Of a DNA stretch of 64,000 nt, positions 51,601-64,000 are shown in pieces. This DNA comes from Paecilomyces variotii (lineage: Eukaryota): assembly GCA_004022145.1 (NCBI GenBank), contig RCNU01000003.1. The stretch is one strand, 5' to 3'. The translations under genes and the position numbers were made by a program. Position 1 is the stretch's first letter. Each line of letters begins with the position of its first letter. Below the pieces are notes generated by a model. The model saw nothing but the letters and a program-made list of their open reading frames with translations, was not told the origin of the DNA and did no database searches.

Positions 51601-54600
51601 TACTTTATTATAGCTATGCTAGGATTAACAGAGACTTTAACTCTTTATATAGCTTATATTATAGAGTTTAGTTTCTTTAGCAGATATTATATATAGATAT
51701 ATACTTTTATATATCTTATATTATTTTAGGCTAGTTAAATCTTTTTTAAAGCAGCTCTTTAATCTTCTTAATATTTTAATACTCTATATAAAGGTTATTA
51801 TAATATATTTAAAGGAGCTCTTATTTTATAATAAATATATTTAATATAAATATAATACTACTTTTCTATAATAGTCTTTTATTATTTATTCTTTATACTA
51901 TCTTTAAGCTATTTCTAAAAGTATATGCTTTTAATTCCCTAGTTTTCTTTAAGATAAAGGTATCTCTTGCTTAAAGCTGCTTTAATATAAAGAATAGGCT
52001 AAGAGTTATAATATCTTAAATAAACTCTTCTCTAATTATTTTAATAATTAATATTTTTTGCATTAAATATTCTAGACTATTTATATTACTTATTTTAATA
52101 AGTTTATGCTTTAGATTGCCTTCTTATATATACTTATCTTAAGCTTTATACTAGAGCTTTTTCTAGAGAGTTAGAAGTAATTCTATCTAAGATTTAGATT
52201 TAAATAGTTTAAAATCTGCTTTTTTAAACAGGGCATCTATAGTATTAAGCTATCCTAGCTTATATTTAATTTGAAAATTATATATTGCTAATAGTTTTAC
52301 TTATTAAGCTTATCTATTATTTAATATCTTTATAGTAAAGAAATAGTATAAATTTATATAATTACTCTATATTTATATAAGATATTTACTACCCTTAGAT
52401 AGTAATACTAATATTTAAAAGTATTAATAATAGCTAGGAATTCTTAGTTATAGACCTTATAATATGCCTCTATTTTAATAAACTTCCGGGCATAATATAT
52501 TATAAGGTATTAGTTCTTAGATATAGTATTATAACTTATTCTAGTTCTAATTCTTAAAGCCATCTTTAAATTAGTATTTAGACCTATCTTATTACTATCT
52601 CCCTAAAGGAATATAGTAATAAGGGTAAATTCTAAAATATTAATTATAAGTTATATTAGCTTCTTTAGATTAAAGTATTTTAGCACTAGTAAAATTATAA
52701 ATACTAACTTTAGCTTATTAAATACTTTTGCAGCCTCTTTAGTTTAAATAAATATTTTAATTTTCTTTCCCTAGATATTTTCTTTTAATAAACTAATTAA
52801 AGGAATTGTTTTTATAGAATAGTTATAGATAAATCTTCTAAAAAATCTAATAAATCCTAAAAAGACTTAAACTTCTTTAAAGGATTTAGGCTCTAGCTAA
52901 TTTTTAATAATTTCTATTCTACTAAGATCTATCTCTACTCTATCTTTCCCTATAAAGAAACTAAAGAATTTAATCTTTTCCTTATAAAATTTATATTTAG
53001 ATAATTTTATATATAATTTATACTTTTACAGTTTCTTTAAGACTTATATTATATATCTTTTATATTTCTTAATAGAGTTAGAGAAAATTAAGATATTATT
53101 TAAATATATAATATAATAGATATTTAATAACCCCTATAATATTTAATTAATATAGGCTTAAAAAGTAGCAGAAGTATTACATAGGCTAAATAATATAATT
53201 AAATATTTAAAATACTTATAATAAGTTTAAAAGGCTATCTTTTATTTATCTCTATAATAAATTCTAATCTAATAATAGGTATCTCTAAGATTAAGCTTAA
53301 TAAAGATCTTAGAGCTAATTAATTAGTTAAGCATTTTATCTATCTTAGGTAAAGAATATCTGTTTTTTATAGTAATGCTATTTAAGGCTTAATAATTAAT
53401 ATAGAGCCTTAGTATATTATCTACCTTAAAAATAAATAAAATAAATACCCCTATAAGATTTATTAATAGTTATATCTATTCTTTCTATTATATATCTTTA
53501 AGATATTTATATAAAATATTAAGTTCTTTAATAAAGAGGTTATAAAGTCTCCCTTATAAAGGCGCTATATTATCTAAGAGTTTAATCTTATATTTATCTA
53601 TCTTAATAGGTAATATACTTATTCCCTCTTCTAAAAAGACCTTTATATATTTTTTATATTCTAGAGGCAGGTTTTTTAGAATAATAGGGTTAATTCAATT
53701 CTTATAGAGTATATAAATTATCTCTTCTTTTATTATTTTAGAGAATTATTAAATATTTTTAATTTTTATTTATAGCTATTATAGAATATAATATCTTTAA
53801 ATTATTAACTTCTAATCTATAATAAGATTAACAGCTTATAATTATAGTTTCTTAAGAATAATAGATAATTTAGGTATTAAGATAATATAAAAGTATATAT
53901 TTGCCTTCTCTATAATTCTTTTAGAATTAATAATATAGATCTCTATTTTAAAAAATCTATACTTTTAAATCTTATGCCTATTAATAGATTTAAAGTTTAT
54001 ATACTATTAGAAATCTAGGGGGATTTTATATTATATAGCTATATTTAAGCTAATATAGTATTAAGCTAAACTTAAATTAATAAAGGCCTTATTTTTAAAT
54101 ATACTATTAGATAGGTAGAGTTATATTAAAATATATAAAAACTCTTTACTTATTTTAAACCCTTTATTATAAAAGGCTATAATAATCTTAGGCTTTCTCC
54201 TTTTAAAAGAATCTTTTTTTTTTAGGTATAATTTAAATCTCTATATATAACCTCTTTTATTATAGTTAAAGCAGCGGCCTTTTTTTTAAGCTAATCCTAT
54301 TTTACTAGTAATTTAAACTTCTTTTTTTAAGATTTATTTATTCTCTCGCGCTAGTTACTAATCTCCTTTCTCTTCTATCCTAAGATAGAGTCTTTTAATA
54401 TACTTTATATTAGTTTATTTATATTTAGTATAGTAAGAAGGTTTAAGAATTTATTCTTCTTTTAGTTTATTTCCTAATTAATAACTAAAGATACTAATTA
54501 ATTAAAATTAGTTAGAAGGTTTTAGTAGTTTAATAAGCCTATTTAAACTTTAAGTTATAATTTTATATAGAAAATATAAGATTAAATAATCCTATTATTA

Positions 54601-55110
54601 TTAAATCCTTTATTTTAATTTAGCTTTATATAAGCTTATTTAAAATAATATAAAAAAGCTTTAGTAGTTTAGTTTAAATATTAAGTTAAGGTATAAAAGT
54701 AATTTATTATATTCTATCTTTAATAATATAGATTATTAAGTAAGTCTAATAACTAATCTTTAAATCTATTCTAGATTAGCATCTAAAAATTAAGATCCTC
54801 TTGCTAATAAATCTAAGATTAAGCTAGTTCTCTATCTAGTAAGGCTATAGCATAAATAACCTTCTTATTTTCTATCTTAAATAATAAAGTATTATAAGCC
54901 AGATATTTATCTATATACTAGTATTATTAATAATAGGTATTAAGTATAATAGCTTTATATCTTTATAATTTAGGCAGTTTAAGCCTTAATTACTTATTAA
55001 TATAGATAGTAGTAAAAAGCTATAGAAGGTCTCTTTTTATTAATAGATTATTTTCTATTTAGGGTTAATCTCTCTCTAGGCCTATTAGAATATCTTCTAG
55101 GATTTATAAG

Positions 55111-55542
55111 TGTAAGGAACGGGGGTTCCTGGAGGTTGCTGACGAATTACTCCGCCAGCGATTATAGCGAGAGGGGTAGCAGCTTTGCGCACCTGGCTCG
55201 GAGAAGGGTCTACTGGTGAGACGAAGGGTTAACTGTTGTAATAAAGGGTCTAACTAATGTAACAAAGGGTCTACGCCGGAGGGTTCTAGTAGTAAAGAGT
55301 CTATACGAGTAAGGAAATAGTAGGGTATATGTTATATTAGAACGGATCGCTGGCTTCTAGTAAGACAGCGATCTGGAGCCTATTTATATTCTAAATCTCA
55401 AGCACTTCCCAGCTTCGTCTCATATGAATCCTGAAAGCGGGGAGAGTGGGGTTTGACTGATTACCTCGGTATCACGTTCAGATTCGGGGCTTCGCTGCAG
55501 TCCTGCGAGCTCATGCCCTAGCGGGGAGCTAGGGGCATGACA
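55111..55542 (-). mobile_element. Nested solo LTR of the same family, little RIP; TSD ATAAG
   Basis: Intact TG...CA termini (TGTAAGGAAC...GGGGCATGACA), with ATAAG at 55106-55110 and 55543-55547. Confidence 0.92.
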
Positions 55543-55699
55543 ATAAGCTAACTTTAGCAATTAGTTATTATAAGCTAGGTTTAATAATCTCTAAACCCTT
55601 TAGAGTATATACTATAGGCTAAGAGCTAAGACTCTTATTTCTTAAGTTATAGGGTATATTAGTATAACTACTTATATTATTAAGTTAAGCAATTTAAAC

Positions 55700-56130
55700 T
55701 ATAAGGAATAGGAGTTCTTAAAGATTATTAATAAATTACTCTGCCTATAATTATAATAAGAGAAATAGTAGTTTTATATACTTAGCTTAGAAAAGGGTCT
55801 ATTAATAAGATAAAGGATTAACTATTATAATAAAGGGTCTAACTGGTATAGAGAAGAGTTTATACTAAAGGATTCTAGTAGTAAAAAGTTTATATAAATA
55901 AAGAAATAGTAAAGTATATATTATATTAGAATAGATTATTAGCTTCTAGTAAAACAGCAATTTAGAGCCTATTTATATTCTAAATCTTAAGCACTTCCCG
56001 GCTTTATCTTATATAAATCCTAAAAGCAGGGAGAGCGGGGTTAACTAATTACCTTAGTATTACATTTAGATTCGGGGCTTCGCTGCAGTCCTGCGAGCTT
56101 ATGCCCTAGCGAGGAGCTAGGGGCATAATA
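55700..56130 (-). repeat. 5' LTR of the Gypsy element
   Basis: TATAAGGAATAGGAGTTC...GAGCTAGGGGCATAATA, colinear with the other two LTR copies and followed by TSD TTAGA. Confidence 0.9.
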
Positions 56131-56143
56131 TTAGATATGAAAC

Positions 56144-56183
56144 GATTCAGGTTTAGGGCCCCCGGGGGCCCTAAACCTAAATC
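56144..56183. repeat. 40-bp palindrome with a perfect 30-bp core (56149-56178)
   Basis: GATTCAGGTTTAGGGCCCCC|GGGGGCCCTAAACCTAAATC, one mismatch compatible with a G>A transition. Confidence 0.9.
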
Positions 56184-59137
56184 CTGTGAGTAAATTAAGT
56201 AGTTATATGATTAAAAAAATCCCTTTATTCTATGCTTTAAAGCAATTAGCCTTAAGACCTATATAATACTTATAATTTTAGTATTGTAGTAGTAATATGC
56301 CTTAGTATTCGCTTTAAGCTTCAGAATTTTGATATTTGCACTTATGGTCGTTGTGCGTAACCGTACCGGCTTGGCATAGCCAATAAGAGGACCTGAAAGT
56401 TAGCGGGTCCAGGAGGTTTTGATGTTCTCACAGATGGTTATTATGCGCAACTGTACCGACTTGGCATTTACTCTCAGCCAATAAGAGGCCTTAAATCCCC
56501 ACAGCTTTCTGCACAGTTGGTTATATTGCATTAACGTAGAGCTCATCTGAGCAGATCTGATTGGCCTGACGCGCTTCGCGCTTAAGTTTAAAACATTTAC
56601 TTAGATTACTTAAAGAGTGGCTAGCTAGGCGTTTAACTAACTACTTAGTGTGTTAGTGGTTGCCTTCTTGCCCCTTTTACTTATTAGTTATCAGTTATCA
56701 GTTACCCTATCCCTGTCCTATAGTGACATGCCCTGTCTTGTCCTCTCTTGGGGGTTTGGTTTACTACCTAGTATTAACTACGGAGGTGATGGCGAGTACC
56801 ATAACTAACCTCACCTACCAACTAATTAACTCGTAAGACCCGGTTGTGGCGTGTCTTCAAAGCGTCGGAGGAAATTCCAATAACAATGGCCGCAACTGCT
56901 AATACACTTTCAACAAAGATGGATAGAAGAGTGATCGAGGCTCTCTTGCAAAGTTAGATCTCATCTCATCGAGGAAAGTTTTGGCAAGTGTACTCCGGTT
57001 GCGTTCATCTAGAACCCCGCCGGTCTGATGGGACACGTCCGGACATACTTCCCGCAATCGACTAGGTTATCTACTTTCTCTCCACCCGTGGCTTGGGTAG
57101 CATGGGCCTCGCGGGAAGCCTCCCCAGGACAAACGAGAAGGAATGGTGGTTATGAATCGTCTTCTTCTCCCCACTGGTTGCGCTAGGCTTGTCTTTCGTA
57201 TAGTACAGCAACGAATACAACTTCGCAGCGCGCCGGCCCAACACACTTACAACCATCCCGCTTTCCCGGAGGAACGACCAAAAGCGTACTTGTTGTGACC
57301 TGGCACAGAGCAAATGCGTAGGAAAAGGGTCTCCAGCGGGCGTTCTCAAGAAGCAGAGATTCGAGTCTGGGCCCCGTTCTTCCGGAGCAGTCAGAATGGC
57401 AAAGGGACGCCAACATCGCGCTCGAGTAGACAAGAAACAGAAGGCAAGCCGAGAGTCAAGGTTAAATATTGGAAAAGGTAAAAAGAAAGGCGCAGTGCCA
57501 GAAGACGCGTGGTATGGTAGTAAGTAGCATGGATGATGATGTAAAAAACAGAAAACAGATAGAATTTGTTCAGACAGCCTCCCAGATATAAAACTCGCGG
57601 TCAATAAATGCCTTTGCTTTTCAAAGTTTTCCCTTGCAGAAGTCCTCCCATGCGGTCAAGTCAACTCCGGAATAGACGACCATATCGCGGAGGATCATCA
57701 AATTTTGACAGATAGCCACCCAAAGAATAAACGGCATAAAGATAAGACATAAGACATGCAATCAAGAAGAAGAGACAAAACGTGCGATCATAGAACCTAA
57801 GAAAATCCCTGACCATCGATCTGGGAAAAGTAGTTTGGAACAGCGACCAGACTCGGTCTCAACCAGTCTCGTCATAGCACAAACCAGTCCAGCCACAGAT
57901 CGATTGTCACAAGCCCACTTTTATGCCATGCCCTCCTAATGCCAATCCCAATTCGCATGCATCTATATTGCTGATGCAAAACACTTCCATGGCGACTGAG
58001 TCGCGTCATGCCATCCGAAAACACTGGTCAAGAAGCCTCCCAAAAAGCACACACAAAAAAAAGCATCATCCCTGAAACACGACGGTTCCAGAGCCACCGC
58101 ATATATCTTCGGGGACAAACGACGCCATCCGAGAATCCAGGTGGTCTCAGAAGATGAGGTATTGCCCACGAACCACGCAGATAGCGTGTAACGGGGACTC
58201 TAGGGTTCATCAACCGCAACGAAATCGCAAAATGAACAGAACTGTATTAGCGGGTCGCCCCTGGGTAGTTTATAGTGTTGCGTTCTCAATGATCTTAGAG
58301 GAGAAAAAAGAAAACAAGAAGAAAAAGAGCTAAACAGCAAAGAAATACTAGAGCAGAAATAGGGACGGGTAAGAGACGCAGAAAATGGAAATCCTTGCAT
58401 GTGGGCCGGCGGGACAAGGAGTGCGACATTGCTGGTGAGATCGAGATCCTCAGGCCTCGGCCCATCCAACAACCACCCTACCCATCCACAAGCCAATTCG
58501 TGCAGTTCGTCTGTGTTTCCCGTAGCTTCGTATCAGGTCGGTTAACATGGTCTCGTTTCTTCCGTCCCGGAGCCAGGGAGAATGAGTCGGAAGCTCCAGC
58601 TCCCTTCCGGCATAATTGGAGCTCCTCTCCAGTGATCTCCGAAACTTTTTTTTTCTTTTTTTTTGTCAAAGGTAGGCGCCTCGAATTCGTGGCATGGTCA
58701 TGTAAATCATGTGATTTCGTCGCTGATTTCCCCCGCTTTGGCGCTTATTGTTGCTACCTCACGCAATAATGGCAATCTCGCCAACTTCCAGTCGAAAGAA
58801 CATGGCGGGATCTCATCAGCATTGCCAGTATAATCAACTGCACAAAGCACAAGATCTCTGTCTCGTGGAAGAACAGAGAAAAAAAAAAGACGTTAAAACA
58901 CCCGCTACCCCTCCCACTAACCTCCTGAGACATCTTGTGACCAGCACAGTGACAGCCCCCAGGCTGATAGCGAGGACCAAAGAACGAGATTCACATCTGT
59001 AATCCCTCTATGGCGGGTATCGGGTCCCCAAATCAACTTCTCCACCGCTAATGATTCCACCAAGTCCCAAGCCGTCCCTATTTCTCCGGTTTCTTTGGTC
59101 TTTTCGCACAGGCTCAGGATATTGGCAGATGGTGAGT

Positions 59138-60726
59138 TTACTGGTTCAAGCCGCGGCGGTTCAGAGCGTTGAGCATATCACTATCGGTGCTCGAACGACC
59201 GCCTTGACTCTGGTCACCAGGATTCAACATATCACGTACGTTGAGACCCCCTCTTGAGCTGGCAGATCCACCGGGAGTCGAGCTCGGAGGCGGGGTCATG
59301 TTGGATTCTGTTGGAGGAGCGATCGGGTGAGCACCAGGATGTATGGGCGGATAAGGAGAGCTATGGGGTGAAGCAGAGTGGCGGCTATCATAGGCATATG
59401 CTGACTGAGGAGAGGCCCTGCGATCATGGGGTGGTGCTGGATAGTACGGGCTGGACTGGTAGCCCGGCGTCGACACGGCCGGAGACACAGGCGCGAGATT
59501 CGTAGGATCGGGATACTCGAAGCCAGAGCCAGAGCTGCGACGGCCGATTGGCGGTCTCTGCGAAAATGGTAAGAATTGGGAACCGGTGCGCGAGGGAATT
59601 GGCTCGTCAGTACGAAGGCATCGGGGACTCACCTGATCTTGCGGCAGAGCATGCGTGAGGGGGGGCGGCGCGGAGCGGTCATCCAGGTGTGGCGGACGAC
59701 CATACGGCTGCTGATATAGTCCCTGCGGAGGAGGCAGTGTGGTATCGGGCTGAGGTTGCTGCTGTGGTGGAAGCGGCTGCCCGTGGGCTCCGTAGAGCAT
59801 CACTCCATCTCCCGGGTATCCTCGACCAGCCCCTCTCTGGGTTTGATTTCGCAGGTGTGGGTAGGCAGCGTGGGCAGGTACGAAGGCTTGGGCTTGCGAC
59901 GAGACCGGAGTGAACATGCACTCCTGGTTGAAACGAATGCAGTTGCTACAGCGTCCATCCTGCGAGCTTTCGAATCCCGAGCAACGGATCTGTGACACGA
60001 CGAGAACGACTTAGCCTCCAATTGTGCCGGGGATCTTTGCGGCCGCGACTCTTTTCGATCTACATACCTTCCTTCTCCTACAGTATCGACACGCGATCGC
60101 AGTTCGTTGTCTCGGGGCAGCGGCTTGGTAGACCAGCTGGGGTGGCGGTGGAGGCTGGGCGTACATATCGGGAGGCCGTTGATATGCGCCCGGCGGGGGA
60201 GGCAGACGATATGGATCTTGGGGGCCCTGCATCTGGGGATGGATGGCGGCCATGTTGGGAGGTGGCGGATACGAGGGCGGCGGAGGGTACTGATACGCTT
60301 GAGCACCAGGACGTTCCTGCTCAGAGGTGGGAGGAGGATGATATGGCGAGGAGGAGTACTGGAAACATATATGCGGTCAGATTAGATGCGATGCCACCCA
60401 GCAGCAAGTGACGTTGATGAGAGAGTGATGGATTGAATGGATGGATGGAGAGATCGATCGAGGGAGCAGACAGGTGATCAGAAAGAAAGGCGAGATCCAA
60501 AGGTCAAAGGTAAGAGGAAGAAGAAGAAGAGGGGGGAAGCAAAAGATAAAAAAAGCCAAAAGGCGGAGAGAGGGGTGGTTGTGTATTAATATTGTATGTA
60601 TGTAAGTATACTTACGGAGTACTGGGCAGACGAAGAATACGGTGGGTTCTCGTCGGGCTGACTGGTGTTCCACTGTTGCGGTGGATACTGTCCCTGTCGA
60701 TTGGGGTCCGGGTACTCGTTGGACAT
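59138..60726 (-). CDS. Zn(II)2Cys6 transcription factor, Pro/Gln/Ser-rich; exons 60616-60726, 60068-60358, 59633-59989, 59138-59557
   Basis: Spliced RQRTAIACRYCRRRK|IRCSGFESSQDGRCSNCIRFNQECMF (CX2CX6CX10CX2CX6C) and C-terminal GGLNVRDMLN...RSSTDSDMLNALNRRG. Splice sites are canonical. Confidence 0.9.
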
Positions 60727-63700
60727 TGGGGGTTTGGTGGCCGCGTGACGCCTGGCTGAGGAATGGAAAAGAGAGGAGGAGAAGAGAAGGGGGAAAAAAA
60801 AAGAGAGAGGAACGGGAAAGATGCAGGATGATGTGAGTGCGCGAGCCGTACCCGTCCAAGCAACAGGCAAGGAATGCTGACCGGGGGTCGCAGGAGGCCA
60901 AACACACGGTATTATCACCTAATCAGATTCTTTTCCAGCTCCCGTCGGGTGATTTGCAAGGCTAGCATAGCCTCGTGGGCGATGGAACCGAAAGCTGGTC
61001 TAACTCGACCGATCGAACGGAGGCGAACAAGACACAGCTCAGAAAACGAACAACGACGGGTGCCTCGGCGATATGACGTGAGGGCTGGGCGGAAAAGACC
61101 AGAAATAATAACTAAACCAGAGTGGATTCGGACGGCAAGACTTGCGTCTCCGGCAAGCGGCCACAGCGGGGATAGTCAGAGCAATAGTTCCCAGGCCCTG
61201 GGCAGTAGCGCATACGGGCGTCAGTATAGATCAAAGCACCAAGACGGGGCAATCCCAGGAGGCCTGAGTGGCACCAAACCCGCCTAGAGAGAGAGAGAAG
61301 GGGGGGAAAAAAGAGAGAAGACGAGAGAAGAACAGAGTAAGAGAGTAGTAGAGTAGTAAGTGAGTAAGTGTGTGTGAGAGAGAGAGAGAGAGAGGGGAAC
61401 CAGCAAAAGTGTGTGGATGGTGGCGCAGGGAGGATTTTGGGGTAAGTGCAGTTTCAACCTCTTTGGATTGATGGCTTTTTTGTTTTGTTTTCTGGTCTGA
61501 TTTGAAGAAGCAAAGTCGGGAAACTATGTGGTTTCTGTTTCTGTTTGTTTCTTTCTGCTTTTTCTTTTGGTTCTTTTTTCTTCTGCTGCTTCCCCCCAAC
61601 CAACAACAGGAAACCTCCCCCGAGAAAAGAGCAATTAGCAGTTGAGTTGTTTTTTTCTCGTCTTTTCGTCCTTTGCCTTTCTTTTTTTTTTTTTACCTTT
61701 TCCAGAAAAGGAGAGAACTAGTGAGGGAATTGTTGGGCAATGGGCAGAAACGGGGAAAAACAAAAAAAAACAAAAAAAAAAAAAGAATTATCATATAATA
61801 AAATCAACGCTTTGGGCGGCGACGTCCTCAGGAATAGGGAAAGAAACGAAGTGCCAACGAGAGCCTCTCGTTGGCTGACAGGGCACACTCACGAAGACGG
61901 ACGGTGTCTGGCAGGAACAGCTGAAAGAGGTAAAAACCGGAGCCCTGTTTGCAGCCAGGGAAAAAAAAAAAAAGAAAGAATGGGTCCCGTTCTAGGTTCG
62001 GAGGTGGACAGGATCGCACACGCGCGACACAGGGCAAGGGTCCACGGCTGGCGGAAAGCGGAAGGCGGGAAGACGAGGGTGGGAATCCTGCTAGGATAGG
62101 AAGGGTAAGAATCATAGGATAGGAATCGTGGGCAGGATGGAGATGAGTGGGTGGGAAAGAGGGAATCCGGTCATTAAGGGGGGTCGATGCGAAGTCGAAA
62201 AGGAACGGTCTGTGTTGCCAGACGACGCCAAACGACCCATGGACATGGACGGGGGCCCTTGGGATGGATCACGGTTCCATGGGGGGGATCAGCTGGAGAC
62301 GCTTCGGGTTGGGCGCCGTTTGGGGAGGGCCGGATGGCGAAAAAAAGGGAGAACAAGAACCAGCAGGCGAGAGAGAGGGGGAAAAGCGCGAGATAGACAG
62401 AGACAGAGACAGACAGAGACACGACAAGACAAGACAGTCAAGAGCAGTCAAGAGGTTGCAGGTACGGGTCCGTAACGGGTTGCCCGTACGCCCCGTGACA
62501 GGGCTGGCCCCGACAGGTGGGTTAGCCTGTGGGTATCGGGTATCTTAGTACCGTCGTACTCTAGTCCTCGAGACTGCTGCACCCGTAACGGTACCAGATG
62601 TCCCCGTATGGCCAGCGTACTGATGCATCTCGGTATCGATACCGTACCGTCCCGACCCGCGTACCCTGTATCGCATCCCCATACCCTCGTATGTCCCCGT
62701 CCACATGCCTCTCTCTCTCTCTCAGTCCCTCCCTCACTCACCCTCCCCCCCTTCCTCCTCAGCTCAGGCCTGGAGAGAAGCAAGTGCCAAAGACAAAAAG
62801 AGAAGTAGAGTCCTCACCTGAAACGGGACGCCGTGTGGTCAGCGCCAGTAGCAGAGGCCTAGACGCCTCAAGATTTGGATGCTAGTCTCACGAGTACAAA
62901 CCCAAACGAGGCAAGACAACGAACGCACGGAGAAGCGGTGCTCGGACGACGCGGCGGTGGTCAGATGGCTGCAGAGGCGGTGAGAGCGGCAAAGACAGGG
63001 GCCCGGCATGCAAGGATGGGCGAGCATATTGTTGTTATAAAGACCAGGAAGGTGACCAGCTGGCTTCGACCAACTGAACCAGACATCTTCTGGGGGGCCC
63101 ACGGTCTCGTCCGTCTACCCTCCAGGAGGGGCCACGGCCCGCGAGAGAGGGACGCAAACCATGGATGCAGAAAATTTGGGTATTTGAGGCTATAATAACG
63201 CTCCAGATGATGACTCTGATTGCCTGGTCGTCACTCACTCTTTTTCATCCTGAGAAAGCCGGAAAAAATTAAATATCTACGTCACTCTTCCTGCGGTGTT
63301 GCGGTGTGCGCCCGGGCGTCGTTCCAGTCTCTCTCCTCTATAATGGGTACCAATATTACCTGTGTCCCTACCTGATGACGGCTTACGCTGGTGCACATGT
63401 TCCTGCAGTGACTCGACGCGCTTTTTCTTGGGAGAGGGGGGGAGGGGGCTTTTTGCTTGTGGTCTGTCTGACGCTCTCCAGTCTTCCTGTTGCCCGTTGG
63501 AAGCACTACGGGAAAGCGAACCACGGAATCATGCTCAAGGCCGATTATAGGTCCCAGCGACATTCTCCAATTCTCTGGCCGTCATATAGTGTACCAAACT
63601 CCGGAGTGCTGTCTCCCGCCGTTTTCTTTTCCCTTCTCTTTCTCTGGTAGCTTGACGCCTGCTCCCCCGGGTCACATTCTTCTACATGCCCTTTCTCCTG

Positions 63701-64000
63701 GCAACTTGGTGGCTGACAACCGCTCGAGTCTCTGGAGCCTCTCTGGACAGAGCTTGGATACAACAGCAGCGTCACGATGCAAGCAAGCGAGGGAGGAGAA
63801 AAAAAGAAAGAAAAAGCACAAGGGTAAAAACGGGTCGGTAGGTGCTAGCGGTCCCTAAGCTGGGGCGCTTCTCCATTTCCCGTATGTCCCTGCCGCTTGA
63901 GTTTTTTCTGCAGCCAGGGGAGCAGTCTTCAGCCGGGTCCGGCTCGCTGCATAGAGCGCGGTAGTGCCCGCGTGGCCGCAGACTGCCGCCCGGGACGCAT

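Larger units (their letters stand above)
48184..56130 (-). mobile_element. Ty3/Gypsy chromovirus LTR retrotransposon, inactivated by RIP; TSD TTAGA
   Basis: LTRs of ~431 bp at 48184-48614 and 55700-56130, TTAGA at 48179-48183 and 56131-56135, and a polypurine tract (minus strand) just inside the left LTR. Minus-strand relics occur in Gypsy order: protease AFINLS (=A.IDSG, ~54070), RT DK*KIAF*TYYKYFKYLIILFSLCNTSATF (~53200) and IIYLNNILIFS (=YLDD, ~53100), integrase *TKRQN*IL (=QTERQNQTL, ~51285), chromodomain QYLIK*KGY (~50650). Confidence 0.93.

Noticed and set aside
48184..55542. Reading the retrotransposon as ending at the well-preserved LTR at 55111-55542
   Set aside because: The flanks do not match (TTAGA vs ATAAG). 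That LTR has its own TSD, and the true partner at 55700-56130 restores TTAGA.
56152..56176. TTTAGGG/CCCTAAA as an interstitial telomere or fusion scar
   Set aside because: There is only a single unit on each arm, so it is better explained as part of a transposon-type hairpin.
61200..63900. Numerous 60-140 aa ORFs
   Set aside because: They derive from low-complexity GA/CT and poly-A tracts, overlap on both strands and have no domain motifs.
1..64000. tRNA, rRNA, CRISPR arrays, Starship captain (tyrosine recombinase) or secondary-metabolite backbone genes
   Set aside because: None were recognised by eye. tRNAscan-SE, Infernal and HMM searches would be needed to exclude small or divergent cases.

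Overview
Eukaryotic, intron-containing DNA from a filamentous ascomycete, most likely Eurotiales (Aspergillus/Penicillium-like, judged from GT..CTRAC..YAG introns and gene content). The conserved genes are a P4-ATPase flippase (Dnf1/2-like), SEN1 helicase, a low-complexity hypothetical protein, a secreted purple acid phosphatase-type enzyme, MIC19, POP1, a Pmp20/Asp f3 peroxiredoxin, a DUF1348/SnoaL-like protein, a Gin4/Hsl1-type kinase and a Zn2Cys6 transcription factor. Two accessory regions stand out. (1) A ~24.5-31 kb island holds two divergently transcribed, intronless paralogues with an F-box/2EXR-like N-terminus. They flank a triply frameshifted gene carrying an RNxxxH (HEPN-like) motif, and four copies of a shared upstream module are associated with a TGCCT-N3-AGGCA palindrome. 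(2) A heavily RIP-mutated Ty3/Gypsy chromovirus (48184-56130, TSD TTAGA) contains a younger, barely mutated solo LTR of its own family (TSD ATAAG) and an extra ~1.9 kb 3' region, and abuts a hairpin-bounded element that may be Helitron2-like. All family assignments come from reading motifs by eye; no searches were run.
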